A stretch of DNA of 64,000 nucleotides. Source: an uncultured Bacteroidaceae bacterium (GTDB lineage Bacteria > Bacteroidota > Bacteroidia > Bacteroidales > P3). The translations under genes and the position numbers were made by a program. Under the pieces are notes generated by a model. That model did no database searches, was not told the origin of the DNA, and saw nothing but the letters and a program-made list of their open reading frames with translations. How positions within the stretch are numbered: the first letter of the stretch is position 1; each line of letters begins with the position of its first letter. This document shows, piece by piece, positions 20,865 to 32,500 of the stretch. The stretch is taken from assembly GCA_964483145.1 (NCBI GenBank), contig CAZAAK010000001.1, forward strand, positions 2,575-66,574, in the 5' to 3' direction.

Positions 20865-21827
20865 ATGTCTGATTCCGAATTGTTGGACTCTTTTGTAAAG
20901 CACTACCGTCTGTTAAAGGACGAGATGGGCAAGGCAATTGTTGGGCAAGACAAGGCTGTCAACAGCCTTTTGCTTTCGGTTTTTACGGGCGGTCATTGCT
21001 TGCTAGTGGGCGTCCCGGGTCTTGCAAAAACATTAATGGTGAATACCTTGGCACATGCTTTAGGGCTTACCTTCAGTCGCATCCAGTTCACCCCTGACCT
21101 AATGCCAAGCGACATCACCGGCTCCGAAATTTTGGACGAAAACCGCCATTTCCAGTTTATCAAAGGCCCCGTCTTTGCCAATATCGTGCTTGCCGATGAG
21201 ATCAACCGCACCCCTCCCAAGACCCAAGCCGCCCTCCTCGAGGCCATGCAGGAAAGGTCGGTAACGGTGTCGGGCAAGAGTTATGCTTTGGCGGCGCCGT
21301 TCTTTGTGTTGGCTACCCAAAATCCCATCGAGCAGGAAGGCACCTATCCTTTGCCCGAAGCTCAGCTGGACCGTTTTATGCTCAATATTCGAATGGATTA
21401 CCCCTCTTTCGAAGAGGAGGTAGATATTGTCAAGGGCACCATTGTGGGCATCAACAAGCAGGTGGAGGTGGTCCTTTCGGCTGAGCAGATATTGGCCTAT
21501 CAAGGTGTTATCCGTCGTATGCCCGTGCCGGACAATGTCTGCCGATATGCCGTGGGGCTGGCTTCCTCCACGCGCCCCCATGTGGGCGGTTCGCAGCTAG
21601 CTAGCAAATATCTTTCGTGGGGGGCGGGTCCCCGCGCTTCGCAGTACCTGGTGATGGGGGCAAAGACCCATGCGGCCATGCAGGGCAAGTACTCCCCCGA
21701 TATCGAGGATGTGCAGGCTGTGGCCGAAGAGGTGCTGCGCCATCGCATCGTGCGCAACTACTTTGCCGAAGCCGAAGGCGTGACCACAGAGGAGGTTGTG
21801 GCGCAATTGGTCAGTGGCGGGAAATGA
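20865..21827 (+). CDS. MoxR-family AAA+ ATPase
   Basis: GVPGLAKT Walker A, LADEINR Walker B, ATQNPIEQEGTYPLPEAQLDRF motif. Confidence 0.9.
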   Translation: MSDSELLDSFVKHYRLLKDEMGKAIVGQDKAVNSLLLSVFTGGHCLLVGVPGLAKTLMVNTLAHALGLTFSRIQFTPDLMPSDITGSEILDENRHFQFIKGPVFANIVLADEINRTPPKTQAALLEAMQERSVTVSGKSYALAAPFFVLATQNPIEQEGTYPLPEAQLDRFMLNIRMDYPSFEEEVDIVKGTIVGINKQVEVVLSAEQILAYQGVIRRMPVPDNVCRYAVGLASSTRPHVGGSQLASKYLSWGAGPRASQYLVMGAKTHAAMQGKYSPDIEDVQAVAEEVLRHRIVRNYFAEAEGVTTEEVVAQLVSGGK

Positions 21828-21881
21828 GTTGTGCCGTTAATGGGGGTTATCCGAACGTAAATTCCAAAATCTGCCTCTCCT

Positions 21882-23156
21882 ATGAAAAAGGCTATAGTTT
21901 TTTTAGTGGCTCTTTGCACCATTGTGGCAACAATGGCCCAATCTTCGGGGCTACATATACCTTCTGAAAAGCCCATCCGGCCGAAGGATTTGCCTAAGGC
22001 CTGGACCAATCCCGAGGTCTTTTGTCTGCAACTGTTCTTCGACGAGGGCGACAGCGCCTACCGAGAGGCGGATCTTGATTTGCTCGATTCGGCTTATATG
22101 CGTGCTTTCGACCGCGAAAATCCAAGGCTCTATACCATGACCATCGAGGCTTACGGTGATGCGCGTAGCAGCGAAATCATGCGTGCACGGGTCGAATCGG
22201 TCTACCGCTATTTTACCATGCGCGGGCATGAGGTGATGCCGGTGCGCTATGCCTATAACCCAATCCATTGTAGCTGTCATGGCGACACTGTGGAGCTTGT
22301 GCGCTTCGAAGTGCCTACCGACCGGCAGGTATACGACTGCGCCGAACTGCCCGACAGCCGCAAGGTCCTTCCCCCTGGTATTGGGCTGACCAATTCGGTT
22401 TTGGTTACTTTCCGCGACAACCCCATAGAGTGCCTCGGTGGCAACAGTGGTTGTTTCCTCCCCGCTCAGGACAGCAATATCCGTGCCTATTATACTCAGG
22501 TGATTCTCAAAAAGGGTTCCATCTACAGCGTTCAAAATACCAAGGATTCCTGTCCGCCGCCGGTGCGGCTGAGCATCGAGGAGCATTTGGACTATCGGCA
22601 AATTGTCGACCACTATTTTCTTGTTCCTCACCTTCGGCAGATTATCCTACCGGTGGGCTATGTGGTGCTCCGCTCTAGTTTCAACCGCAGGCCGGGCGAG
22701 TGCCAATATCTGGCCGACTCCATTTTCGTGCGCTTCCCCGTAACGGAGCAGCAGGTGGAGTCGGGCTTGCGTGTCTTTGGCAAGAAGTACACTTCTAAAG
22801 GGCCTGAATTCAAGTCGTTACCTACCAAAAAGGTCAAAGGGGGCGCTGTGCTGATGATTCAGGGTGCCATCAATCCCACTATGTTCGACACCATCTTTTT
22901 GGCCAAGCGCATCAAGGAGGATGAAATATCCCGATACCTCTACTTGGCTGATTCCCCTACCGAGCAGGGGGCTGTCACTATCGTTATTGGTGGCGAGGAA
23001 AAATATTATAAACCATTCCGCATCAACAACAAGGGCGAGTACGACTTTAAAAAGCCTTTCCGCGCCATGTTGCGCATTGTCCCGACCCAAGAGGAAGAGC
23101 TTGACGACAACGCTGCAAGCCCGTTTCGCAATGATGGTGATGAAGAGTTGGATTAG
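21882..23156 (+). CDS. hypothetical secreted protein (weak OmpA-C-like segment near N-terminus)
   Basis: Signal peptide MKKAIVFLVALCTIVATMAQ. Coding-like composition over 424 aa. No family recognised. Confidence 0.55.
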   Translation: MKKAIVFLVALCTIVATMAQSSGLHIPSEKPIRPKDLPKAWTNPEVFCLQLFFDEGDSAYREADLDLLDSAYMRAFDRENPRLYTMTIEAYGDARSSEIMRARVESVYRYFTMRGHEVMPVRYAYNPIHCSCHGDTVELVRFEVPTDRQVYDCAELPDSRKVLPPGIGLTNSVLVTFRDNPIECLGGNSGCFLPAQDSNIRAYYTQVILKKGSIYSVQNTKDSCPPPVRLSIEEHLDYRQIVDHYFLVPHLRQIILPVGYVVLRSSFNRRPGECQYLADSIFVRFPVTEQQVESGLRVFGKKYTSKGPEFKSLPTKKVKGGAVLMIQGAINPTMFDTIFLAKRIKEDEISRYLYLADSPTEQGAVTIVIGGEEKYYKPFRINNKGEYDFKKPFRAMLRIVPTQEEELDDNAASPFRNDGDEELD

Positions 23157-23185
23157 AACCATAAAAACATACAACAAGTCTTATC

Positions 23186-24004
23186 ATGGCTTATCTACAG
23201 ACTGATGTGGCCAAAGTCACAACGCATGTGCTACAACGCATGAAGCAAAGCGGCGAAAAGATTGCAATGCTTACCGCTTATGATTATTCTATGGCAAAGC
23301 TTTTGGATGCCACCAAGATAGATGTGATTCTTGTGGGGGACTCCGCTGCAAATGTAATGGAGGGTCACGAAACCACCCTCCCGATTACCCTTGACGAGAT
23401 GATTGTTTATGCTTCTTCTGTCAAGCGTGCCGTCAAGCGTGCCCTGCTGGTAATAGATATGCCCTTTGGTACCTACCAGGGCAACTCCAAGTTGGCTTTG
23501 GCTTCGGCCATCCGAATCATGAAGGAAACGGGTGCCGATGCCGTCAAGCTCGAAGGCGGTGAGGAGGTGTTGGAATCCATCACCCGCATCCTCACCGCTG
23601 GAATCCCGGTGATGGGGCATTTGGGCCTAACTCCGCAAAGTATCAATAAGTTTGGCACCTATGCCGTTCGGGCCACTCAGGACGACGAAGCCCAACAGCT
23701 CCTCCACAACGCCAAGGTACTCGAAGAGGCAGGATGTTTTGCCTTGGTGCTAGAGAAAATCCCCGCCAGCTTGGCAACCCGCGTCACTAGCCAAATCAAA
23801 ATCCCCACTATTGGCATTGGCGCCGGTTCCGGCACCGATGGCCAGGTGCTTGTCTTGCAAGATATGCTGGGCATCACTCAGCAGTTCAAGCCCCGCTACC
23901 TGCGCACTTACGGCAGTTTTGGCGCCGACATTAGCAATGCTGTCCGCCAATACATCTGCGATGTCAAAAGTCAGGATTTCCCCAACGAAAAGGAACAGTA
24001 CTAG
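23186..24004 (+). CDS. panB: 3-methyl-2-oxobutanoate hydroxymethyltransferase
   Basis: MLTAYDY, LVGDS and KLEGG motifs. Confidence 0.93.
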   Translation: MAYLQTDVAKVTTHVLQRMKQSGEKIAMLTAYDYSMAKLLDATKIDVILVGDSAANVMEGHETTLPITLDEMIVYASSVKRAVKRALLVIDMPFGTYQGNSKLALASAIRIMKETGADAVKLEGGEEVLESITRILTAGIPVMGHLGLTPQSINKFGTYAVRATQDDEAQQLLHNAKVLEEAGCFALVLEKIPASLATRVTSQIKIPTIGIGAGSGTDGQVLVLQDMLGITQQFKPRYLRTYGSFGADISNAVRQYICDVKSQDFPNEKEQY

Positions 24005-24153
24005 ACTGGTGTTGCATCTTGTGTCGCTAGTGCAGCGTAGTGGCGCAAGGGAAATGCTCCCTCCCGAGTGCTCTACGCGCCGCATTTGATGTGTGCGCTT
24101 TCGCTGTGGGGATAATCCCCTTCGAGGTTAGCTGTGTTGTACTGTATAAACAA

Positions 24154-24183
24154 AAGTGGGCCGCCCATTTGGGTAGCCCACTT
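24154..24183. terminator. hairpin between convergent panB and DUF1846 gene
   Basis: AAGTGGGC...GCCCACTT 8-bp stem with inner CCC/GGG pairing. Confidence 0.4.
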
Positions 24184-24202
24184 GTCGTTTATGGCGCGGG
24201 GG

Positions 24203-25666
24203 TCATTTCTTTGGCATAGGGTCCGAAGTACAGTCGATGCCCAGTTTCTTGAAGATCTTCTGGTCCACCTCGCCCAACATAACGGTGGAGTGTAGCTGAC
24301 ATCCTTGTAGCAAGGGCAGGGTGTCCAGCGCCTTGCGGCAGTTTTTGTCGTTCAAGCCCAATATCGATAGGGCCACCAGCACCTCGTCGGTGTGAAGCCT
24401 AGGGTTGTGGCCGTGCAGGAGGGTGGTCTTGGTGTGCTGTATGGGTTCGATATATTCCTGGGCAATCAGTTTCACGCTATGGTCTATGCCGGCCAGGTGT
24501 TTGATGGCGTTGAGTAGCAGGGCAGCGCAAGCACCCAAGAGGGCAGAGGAGTGCCCGGTGATGAGTGTGCCATCGGCTAGTTCAATGGCAGCGGCAGGGG
24601 CGTTCTCCTTTATGGCGCGTTCTTTGGCGGCCACGGTGGTGCGGCGATCATCTGTGGTGACCTTTGTCTGCTTCATCAGCAAGGCGTTTTTGTCAACTTC
24701 CGACTCCGGAATTTTGCCTTCGGCATATTTGCAGAGCGCTGCGTAGTAGCGGCGGATGATTTCGTCCTTGGAAGCTTTGCAGCAGACCTCGTCGTTGCAG
24801 ATGCAGAAACCTGCCATATTCACACCCATGTCGGTGGGCGATTTATAGGGATTCTCGCCATAGATGCCTTCGAATATGGCGTTCAGAACGGGGAATATCT
24901 CAATGTCGCGATTGTAGTTGACGGCGGTCTTGCCGTAGGCCTCCAGATGGAAGGGGTCTATCATGTTCACGTCGTTCAGGTCGGCAGTGGCTGCTTCGTA
25001 AGCCACATTCACCGGATGCTTCAGCGGGATGCTCCAGATGGGAAAGGTCTCGAATTTGGCATATCCGGCTTTGATGCCGCGTTTGTTCTCTTGATAGAGC
25101 TGGCTTAGGCATACGGCCATTTTGCCGCTTCCTGGGCCGGGGGCGGTGACCACAACCAGTGGGCGAGTGGTCTTGATGTACTCGTTTCGGCCAAAGCCGT
25201 TGTCGGAGCAGATAATGTCCACATTGGTGGGGTAGCCCTCTATAAGGTAAAGGTAATAGCAGCTTATGCCTAGGCGCTCGAGGCGTTCACGAAATGCGTG
25301 GGCGCTAGGTTGACCGTTGTATTGGGTGATGCAAACGGCGCTCACCAGCAGTCCGCGGTTTCGGAACTCATCGCGTAGCCGTAGCACGTCATCGTCGTAG
25401 GTGATGCCTAGGTCGGCGCGAACCTTGTTCTTTTCGATGTCCTTGGCACTAATGGCAATGACAATCTCGGCATCGTCGCGCAGTTGCATGAGCATCTTCA
25501 GCTTGCTGTCGGGCTCAAAACCGGGCAAAACTCGGCTTGCATGGTAGTCGTCGAAGAGTTTGCCGCCAAATTCAAGATAAAGCTTGTTGCCGAACTTGGA
25601 GATACGTTCTTTGATGTGTTCGGACTGGATTTTGAGATACTTCTCGTTGTCAAAACCGTTTTTCAT
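24203..25666 (-). CDS. DUF1846 (UPF0371) family protein
   Basis: MKNGFDNEKYLKIQSEHIKERI...YLEFGGKLFDDYHASRVLPGF is the characteristic N-terminus. Start taken at the ATG at 25666. Confidence 0.85.
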   Translation of the reverse strand: MKNGFDNEKYLKIQSEHIKERISKFGNKLYLEFGGKLFDDYHASRVLPGFEPDSKLKMLMQLRDDAEIVIAISAKDIEKNKVRADLGITYDDDVLRLRDEFRNRGLLVSAVCITQYNGQPSAHAFRERLERLGISCYYLYLIEGYPTNVDIICSDNGFGRNEYIKTTRPLVVVTAPGPGSGKMAVCLSQLYQENKRGIKAGYAKFETFPIWSIPLKHPVNVAYEAATADLNDVNMIDPFHLEAYGKTAVNYNRDIEIFPVLNAIFEGIYGENPYKSPTDMGVNMAGFCICNDEVCCKASKDEIIRRYYAALCKYAEGKIPESEVDKNALLMKQTKVTTDDRRTTVAAKERAIKENAPAAAIELADGTLITGHSSALLGACAALLLNAIKHLAGIDHSVKLIAQEYIEPIQHTKTTLLHGHNPRLHTDEVLVALSILGLNDKNCRKALDTLPLLQGCQLHSTVMLGEVDQKIFKKLGIDCTSDPMPKK

Positions 25667-25701
25667 GATTCCGTCTTTTCGATTAACAAAAATACGGGAT
25701 G

Positions 25702-25709
25702 CAAAAATA
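25702..25709 (-). promoter_or_regulatory. -7 box TATTTTTG (minus strand)
   Basis: About 36 nt upstream of the 25666 start. Confidence 0.45.
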
Positions 25710-25804
25710 CGTCTTTTTTTTCGGATAATGGATTTTTGCTCCGAAAAAATCTCGTTCAATGGCCCTCTCGCTGCACTTAATTGCGTGTATTAGCAACTGT
25801 TATG

Positions 25805-25837
25805 AATAAAAAAAGGCCTCCTATTTAGGGGGCCTTT
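25805..25837 (-). terminator. rho-independent terminator after floA
   Basis: Minus-strand AAAGGCCCCC-loop-GGAGGCCTTT followed by a T run, 27 nt past the floA stop. Confidence 0.75.
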
Positions 25838-25866
25838 CTTTGCATTCACCGTTGTCCGAAATGGCT

Positions 25867-26859
25867 TTATTTCTGCTCGCCAAGGGGTTTGTTGGCGGTT
25901 TTGCCACCAGGTTTGGCAATGCTTTCGCGCATATCGGTGTCGGCTTGAATGTTTTTTATGCGGTAGTAGTCCATAATCCCAAGGTTGCCGCTGCGGAAGG
26001 CCTCTGCCATCGCTTTGGGCACTTCGGCTTCGGCTTCAATCACCATCGCGCGCGCCTCTTGGGCCTTGGCTTTCATCTCCTGCTCCGAGGCTACTGCCAT
26101 TGCTCTGCGCTCCTCGGCCTTGGCCTGCGCAATGTTCTTGTCGGCATTGGCTTGGTCCATCTGCAACTGCGCTCCAATGTTCTTACCCACATCAACGTCG
26201 GCAATGTCTATCGAAAGTATCTCAAAGGCTGTGCCGCTGTCCAAACCCTTGGATAGTACTAGCTTGGATATGGTGTCGGGGTTCTCCAGCACCTCTTTGT
26301 GCGTCTTTGCCGAGCCAATGGCTGTCACAATGCCCTCTCCCACGCGTGCCAGGATGGTCTCTTCTCCAGCGCCGCCAACAAGCTGTTTGATATTGGTGCG
26401 GACGGTAACACGGGCTTTGGCTATCAGCTGGATGCCGTTCATCGCCACGGCAGCCACGGGCGGCGTGTCGATAACTTTGGGGTTGACGGAGGTCTGCACT
26501 GCCTTCAGCACATCGCGGCCTGCAAGGTCTATGGCAGTGGCGGTGTGGAAATCGAGGTTGATGTTGGCTTTGCTCGCGGAAATGAGTGCTTGCACCACGT
26601 TGCTGACGTTACCCCCTGCCAGGTAGTGGGCCTCCATCTCGTTTTGCGAAAGGCTCAGTCCGGCCTTGGCTCCGTTGATCATATTGTTGACGATAATGCT
26701 AGGGGGCACCTTACGAAAACGCATGAACATGAGCTGGATAAGGGATGTGTGCACCCCCGACACCAACGCTTGGAACCATAGCCCCACTGGGACCAGATAA
26801 AGGAAAAGGCACAGTAGGATAAATACCACTACCACCAAAATAATAGTTGTTGTTGTCAT
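25867..26859 (-). CDS. floA: flotillin-like protein FloA (UPF0365/YqfA)
   Basis: Long near-collinear similarity to YqfA motifs ([41 protein letters not shown]). Confidence 0.92.
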   Translation of the reverse strand: MTTTTIILVVVVFILLCLFLYLVPVGLWFQALVSGVHTSLIQLMFMRFRKVPPSIIVNNMINGAKAGLSLSQNEMEAHYLAGGNVSNVVQALISASKANINLDFHTATAIDLAGRDVLKAVQTSVNPKVIDTPPVAAVAMNGIQLIAKARVTVRTNIKQLVGGAGEETILARVGEGIVTAIGSAKTHKEVLENPDTISKLVLSKGLDSGTAFEILSIDIADVDVGKNIGAQLQMDQANADKNIAQAKAEERRAMAVASEQEMKAKAQEARAMVIEAEAEVPKAMAEAFRSGNLGIMDYYRIKNIQADTDMRESIAKPGGKTANKPLGEQK

Positions 26860-26891
26860 AAAAAACTGGTTATTTAATTAAACATTCGTTC

Positions 26892-27398
26892 CTAGTTTTC
26901 CAAACCGCCAGGCACATCCTCAAAGCGGTCGTCGGTGGGCACTTCCACCACATCAATGCGGTAGCCCTCGATGCCCACCACCTTCACGGGGCGGTCGGGG
27001 TCGATGAACTTGTTGATGGCATGCACCTCTACCAATTCGTCGTCAATCAGGGCTTTGCCTGTGGGGGCGAGGCGGGCTATGGTGCGGCCAAGCGAGCCAA
27101 CGGCAATGTTGCTCTGGTCCACATGGTTGACGCTACTGCTCGACTCCTCCTTTAGGCTGAACCGTTTCCATGTCTTGGCTTTGAGGAAGATAACAAGCAG
27201 TATGGCAGTTATTGCCGTGCAAATAAGCAGGATAATGTTGCCCATCGCGTCGCCCCACAGGCGGTAGCTCTGCCACACGCCAAAGACGAGTAGCCCCAAG
27301 CCAAAAACGCCGGCTACCCCTCCCGGCAGGGCAACAATCTCTAGGGCCACCAGCACTAGGCCCAAAATCAGTACGATAATTAATAGTGTTGTATTCAT
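26892..27398 (-). CDS. NfeD family membrane protein
   Basis: Three N-terminal TM helices plus a C-terminal OB-like domain. It lies directly upstream of floA, the usual partner arrangement. Confidence 0.8.
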   Translation of the reverse strand: MNTTLLIIVLILGLVLVALEIVALPGGVAGVFGLGLLVFGVWQSYRLWGDAMGNIILLICTAITAILLVIFLKAKTWKRFSLKEESSSSVNHVDQSNIAVGSLGRTIARLAPTGKALIDDELVEVHAINKFIDPDRPVKVVGIEGYRIDVVEVPTDDRFEDVPGGLEN

Positions 27399-27461
27399 GG
27401 AATGGTTGTGTTATTTCTCTTTATGTTTGCGCCGGCCGCAAAGGGTTGTCGGCCGAAATGG

Positions 27462-27743
27462 CTATCGGATTATTTCGCTAGTCAGTTGCTTGTCCAGTAG
27501 GGCTGTGTGCATCGGCAACAGGTTTTCGTAGCTGCCGTGCTTAATGGTGCATTTGCCGTGGCAGTGGACCACAATGGCGCACTGTTCGGCCTGCGAACTG
27601 CTCAGGCGGCAGATGTCAACGAGCGCCTTGATGACGTAGTCGAAGGTGTGCACATCGTCGTTGTGTAGCACTAGGCTGCAGCCGGGGTCTTCCAACACCT
27701 CGGCCTCGCTATCCGCTTGGGGCGATATCTGTGGCTTTTCCAT
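27462..27743 (-). CDS. clpS: ATP-dependent Clp protease adaptor ClpS
   Basis: VLHNDDVHTFDYVI...L motif, 93 aa. Confidence 0.88.
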   Translation of the reverse strand: MEKPQISPQADSEAEVLEDPGCSLVLHNDDVHTFDYVIKALVDICRLSSSQAEQCAIVVHCHGKCTIKHGSYENLLPMHTALLDKQLTSEIIR

Positions 27744-27764
27744 AGTGTTTTGGTTTTGGTCGCT

Positions 27765-28256
27765 TTATAGGGTGGGGGATACTTGCTGTTTTTCGATAAG
27801 CGCAATAGCATATGCGCTGATGCCTTCCTCACGGCCTTCAAAGCCCAACCGCTCGGTGGTGGTGGCCTTGACGGAGACTTGCCCAGGGTCTATCTTCAGC
27901 ATTGTGGCCATCGTCTGCCTCATCTGGCCTATATATGGGCCTATCTTGGGCTCTTGGGCCACAACGGTGCTGTCGATGTTCGCAATCCGGTAACCCTCCG
28001 CCGTCAGCAACTCGCCGCATTTGCGTAGCAGTATCTTGCTGTCGATGCCCTTATACTGCGGGTCGCTGTCCGGGAAGTGCCCTCCAATGTCGCCTAGGGC
28101 GGCAGCCCCCAAAAGCGCATCGCAAACCGCGTGCAATAGCACATCGGCATCGCTGTGCCCGAGCAGGCCTTTGCTGTGGGGCACTTCCACTCCGCCAAGC
28201 CATAGCTTGCGCCCAGCTGTTAGTTGGTGAACGTCGTATCCGAATCCCACGCGCAT
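27765..28256 (-). CDS. ispF: 2-C-methyl-D-erythritol 2,4-cyclodiphosphate synthase
   Basis: [20 protein letters not shown] and GDIG motifs. Confidence 0.95.
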   Translation of the reverse strand: MRVGFGYDVHQLTAGRKLWLGGVEVPHSKGLLGHSDADVLLHAVCDALLGAAALGDIGGHFPDSDPQYKGIDSKILLRKCGELLTAEGYRIANIDSTVVAQEPKIGPYIGQMRQTMATMLKIDPGQVSVKATTTERLGFEGREEGISAYAIALIEKQQVSPTL

Positions 28257-28258
28257 GG

Positions 28259-29458
28259 TTACGATTTTCTTGATTTGGTCGTTAGGTTAAAGGTGAGCGA
28301 GATGCGTATGGTGTTGGAGAGGGGGTTGTTGCTGATGGATGTAGTGGGGATGAGATATGCAAGGTCAAATTGCATCACGTTGTATCTCAATGCAAAACCA
28401 ACGGTGGCGTACTGCCTTCCGCCTTTGGTGTCGTCCTCGTAAAAATACCCCGCCCGCGCTGCTAGGGTGTTCTTGTACCAGTACTCCGCACCTGCCGACA
28501 GCTGCAACTCGCGCAGCTCCTCGCCCAGGCCGCCCGGAGCATCGTAGAACGACTGGATGATGCCCCGCATCACCCCCGTGTTGTAGTATTCCGTCTGGTT
28601 GCGATAGTATCGGCTGTAGGTGCTGTCGCCAACGGTGACCGGTGGGGTGGGCACCATCAGCTTGTTCACGTCCGCCATCACGCTGATTTTGTTGGATTCG
28701 TCTATCTCGTAGCTGTAGCGCACTCCCACGCGCAGGTTGGCGGGGAGGAACTCCTGGCGGGTGTCGTCGTCGGAGTAGGACAGCTTGGCACCCAAGTTGC
28801 TGACAAAGACGCCCAATGCCAGCGTCTGCGCCCCGTCAATTGGGTGTTGCCAGTACAGGCCCAAGTCCGCCGCTAGGCTGTGCCCAGGTTTGGTGGTGAC
28901 GTATCCGCTGCCGTCGGAGACGTTCTGCCCGTTGGTGAGGTCGGACTGGATAAAACGGCCGCTCGCGCCCAGCGACAACTCCTCGCCCAGTTTCATGGCA
29001 TAGGTGATGTCGGCAGCAAATTCGTTGGGGTTCATCGTGCCGTTGGAATTGCCTTCGGAGTCCGTACTTTGGATTTCGCCTAGCGAGAAATAGGTCAGCG
29101 AGGCGGCTACGGTGCTTCTCGAGTTGATGCGTTTGTATCCGCCAAGGTAAAGCAGATTCATATCGCCCACCCCTAGGTTGCGCAACCATGGGGTGTAGGT
29201 GGTGCTAAAGCCCAAATCGCCCTCGATGAAAGCGAACTTGGCGCCGTTCCAGTGCGCCGAATAGATGTCCGGCACGGTGGCTGCCCCAACATCGCCCAAT
29301 GCTCCGGCGGTGGCATCGGGGGCTATGAGCAGGATAGGCATGCCGGTGGAGATATAGTTGTTCGTCTGCCCAGTGAGGGCGGAGAGGTACTGCGCGTTGG
29401 CACTGCATGCAAGGCCAATGGCAAGCGCGCCGGAAAGCAATGTGACAAGTCTTTTCAT
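28259..29458 (-). CDS. porV: type IX secretion system outer-membrane channel protein PorV (LptO)
   Basis: Signal peptide [23 protein letters not shown] and a FadL-like beta-barrel pattern, directly downstream of porU. The ORF extension to 29611 is basic/low-complexity and was rejected. Confidence 0.85.
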   Translation of the reverse strand: MKRLVTLLSGALAIGLACSANAQYLSALTGQTNNYISTGMPILLIAPDATAGALGDVGAATVPDIYSAHWNGAKFAFIEGDLGFSTTYTPWLRNLGVGDMNLLYLGGYKRINSRSTVAASLTYFSLGEIQSTDSEGNSNGTMNPNEFAADITYAMKLGEELSLGASGRFIQSDLTNGQNVSDGSGYVTTKPGHSLAADLGLYWQHPIDGAQTLALGVFVSNLGAKLSYSDDDTRQEFLPANLRVGVRYSYEIDESNKISVMADVNKLMVPTPPVTVGDSTYSRYYRNQTEYYNTGVMRGIIQSFYDAPGGLGEELRELQLSAGAEYWYKNTLAARAGYFYEDDTKGGRQYATVGFALRYNVMQFDLAYLIPTTSISNNPLSNTIRISLTFNLTTKSRKS

Positions 29459-29573
29459 CAATCCAATGCAGTTAATGCTTCCAAAACGGCTGTGGCCGCT
29501 TTTTATTGTTCTGGCTTTGTTTTTTTTTGGTTTCGGTGGCTCTCGTCCCGCCCCGCGCGCGCTCTGCCGCGCT

Positions 29574-32500
29574 TCAGTAGCGCACCACTTTGGCAGTTTT
29601 GGTGAGCACATCGCCCGTGCTAGTGACTAGGGTAGCGCGCACCATGTACACACCGCTTGGCACCGTGGCGCCGCCCTCGGTCCGAAAGTCCCACGGCAGG
29701 GCTATCACGCAGCTGCCATCGTTAGCGCCTGCGGCGCTGAGCTGCCGCAGGCGCGCTCCGCGTATGTCGTAAATCTCCACCGTGGCCCTCTGCAACGCGG
29801 TGTCGGCATTGTGTTCGATGCGCAGGGTGGTGCGCTCGTGGGCAGGATTGGGCGCTGCGGCAAACACGCCAATCTGTTTCTGGCGGTCGTTGGCAACCGT
29901 AAAGCCTATTGTGGCACTTGCCGAACGGTTGAAGATGTTCCAGCATTTGACGGTGAGCGTGTGCGAGCCCTCTTCCAGTTTGCCTAGGGTGTAGCGCACC
30001 TCGCCGCAGCGGCTGTCCTGGATGCTGGGCTCATAGTAGTCGTTGAGTATCACGGTGCTGTATGGGTTGCCGTCGACCGTGGCGGTGATGTCGTGCCCTA
30101 GGCCGCTGCCGGCTGCGTTGATGCCCGCCGAATCGGCAAGACGTGCGTAGAGGGTGGGCATTTCGTTGGTCAGCCCTCCGCTAAGGAAGTTGGTGTCGCC
30201 AATGTAAAGCTTCACGCTGGGGTATCCTCCAGTCTGCCCTGCCGCTGAGTCCAGGCCGCCGAACATGATGTTGCTGTACTGCCCCGTGGCGTCGTCGTTG
30301 TCGTCGCTGCGGGCGTAGTGCGACAGCTTGGCGTAGTCGTAGTGGTAGGCCACGTCCTTGGGTATGACAAAGCTGTACGAAAACCTCCCGCCGCTCACGC
30401 CGTGGCGCCCTTTGTACAGCACGCTCTTTTGCTGGACAAACTCCACCTCGGTGCTGTCGTTGTCGTTGGCCAGGGTGCTGCTTTTGCTCTGGCGGTCAAA
30501 CACAATTGGGTAGATAGTGCCGTTGAAAGTGCTGTCCAGCGTGCCGCCACCGTCGCGAATCTCCCCCTCCACCGTAACGCGCGAAAGCACCTGTGCCGAG
30601 TCGGTCGCCTCTGGGCTCACCTGGCGGCCGTTGATGGCAGTCACCACCACATCCTTGGCAGGGATGGAAAGGCGCAAGGCGGGGTCCCCCAACAATGCTA
30701 TGCAGTGCGATGCCGATACCTCGTTCTTGGTCCTGCGTAGCGCTTGCCCCAAGGTGTTGGACGGGTCGAGGGCGTAGAGGCATGCCCGGCTGTTGAAGGG
30801 GTGCGAGTGGTGGATTGGGCGCGCCGCCGTCACTATCCCCACCCCTGCGGCATCGGCTAGCAGAAAGGCCTCGGCGCCGCAGATATCCCCCACTAGGTCG
30901 TAGTGCCCAAACGAGCAGGTGCTGGTGACAAAGAATGCCAGCCGGTCGGTATTGGTGTACTGCTCGATGTCCGAAAATTCCATGTAGCGCTCGGTGCCGA
31001 TATATTTGTCCGAGCCGTGGCCTATGTAGTTCAGCAGCAGCGTCCCGTAGTTTATCCGTTGGCGCAGGGCATTGTTCACTTCGGGGTAGTAGCTGCCGCT
31101 CGCGCCCGACTGTTGCGGGTAGGCGTCGGCGTATATCTTGTCGATGTTCAGCTCGGGGTACTTCGCCTGTATGCTCCGTGCCATCTTTTCGGCATCGCTG
31201 GCAAAGACTGTGTCGCCCGGTGTGGAGGGGTCGGCATCGTCCGCTAGCAGGGTTACCCGGTTGCGCCAGTCGCCGCGCACGCCGCCTTGTGCTAAGTCGC
31301 GCTTGCTCATATACCCCTCTATCTTGTCCACTAGGTGCTCGGCTTCCTCCACCGTCTTGGCGGGCAGGCGCCCGATGCCCACGCTCAGCTCGCCCTCAAA
31401 AACGCCTGTGGTGTTGTCGTCCAAATAGCCGTATACGTCGTCCGAAGGGTAGGCGGCCACATCACTCAGCACGGTGTTGCCGTATTGATATGTAATTGTG
31501 CTCAGCTGATTGGAGCCTAGCAAGTTGCGGTTGTCGTAGGTGCCTTTGCCAAAGAGCAACAGATGGCGCGGATTCTCCCCTGTAGAATCCTTTGCGCGCA
31601 GGCTGCGCATCATCTGGCGGATGGCTATGGGGTCCGGGCGTCCGCTGGAGTATTCGTTAAAGACCTCCTCTTGGGTGACTACCAGCACCCGCAACCCCTC
31701 TTCCTCGCGGTGCAGGTTGGCAAGCCTTTGCGCTTGGGCTTCGAAACTGCGGTGCGTCACTATCACATATTCTGGCACCTCGGCTCCGTGTATGTCCTGG
31801 TTTCGGACGGCCTCGATGCCCGTGGGGTGCATGGCGCTCTCGCGCGTAAAGGCAACCAGTGTGCGTGGGGCGTCCGTTGGTGCGGCAAAGCCGAATCCGC
31901 CCCCGGCTTCGGCGTGCACGGCTATCTCGCGTGGCTGCTCCGGCTCGCTCACGTCCCACAGGCGCATTCCTTCGGCATAGCCCGTCCCGGCAAACCTGCC
32001 CACCGAGCCTTCCTGCAATCGCTGCGTGCTGCGCAGCAGCTGTTGCCCTCCTTGGTAGGCCAGCGGCACTGTGGCGCTGACCTCAATAAAGTCTAGGTAC
32101 CCCGCCGCCGTATTCTCCCTTGGGGTGTAGGTCAGCTTTAGCTCCACCTCGTTGCCGCAGGCGGTGAGGCGGTGGCAGAAGGTGTTGTAGGTGTTGTAGG
32201 CATCAAAGTGGTTCGACCATGTCTCGCCCCCTGCCGCCAGGGTGAACTGCCCCGCGTAGTCGGAGAGGTGGGCCAGGCCGTAGCGCACCGTGGCGTTGCC
32301 CCCCTCCGGTTCGGCAGGTAGCGCTAGCGTGTGGCTGCGGCTTGGCATCGCGGTGCTCAGCCGCTCGGCCATCCACAGCGGCCCGCCCTCCACGGGGTTG
32401 ACGCTCTCTTCGTGGTAGAGGGCCACGGCGGTGTAGCTGCCCGTGGTGGCAGTAGTGGTGGCAGTGTAGGAGGCGCTTTGCAGGCGCAGGGTGCTATCGA

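Noticed and set aside
29459-29611. N-terminal extension of the porV ORF (MCSPKLPKWCATEARQSARG...)
   Set aside because: It is basic low-complexity sequence overlapping the porU 3' end. A canonical signal peptide starts at the internal ATG at 29458.
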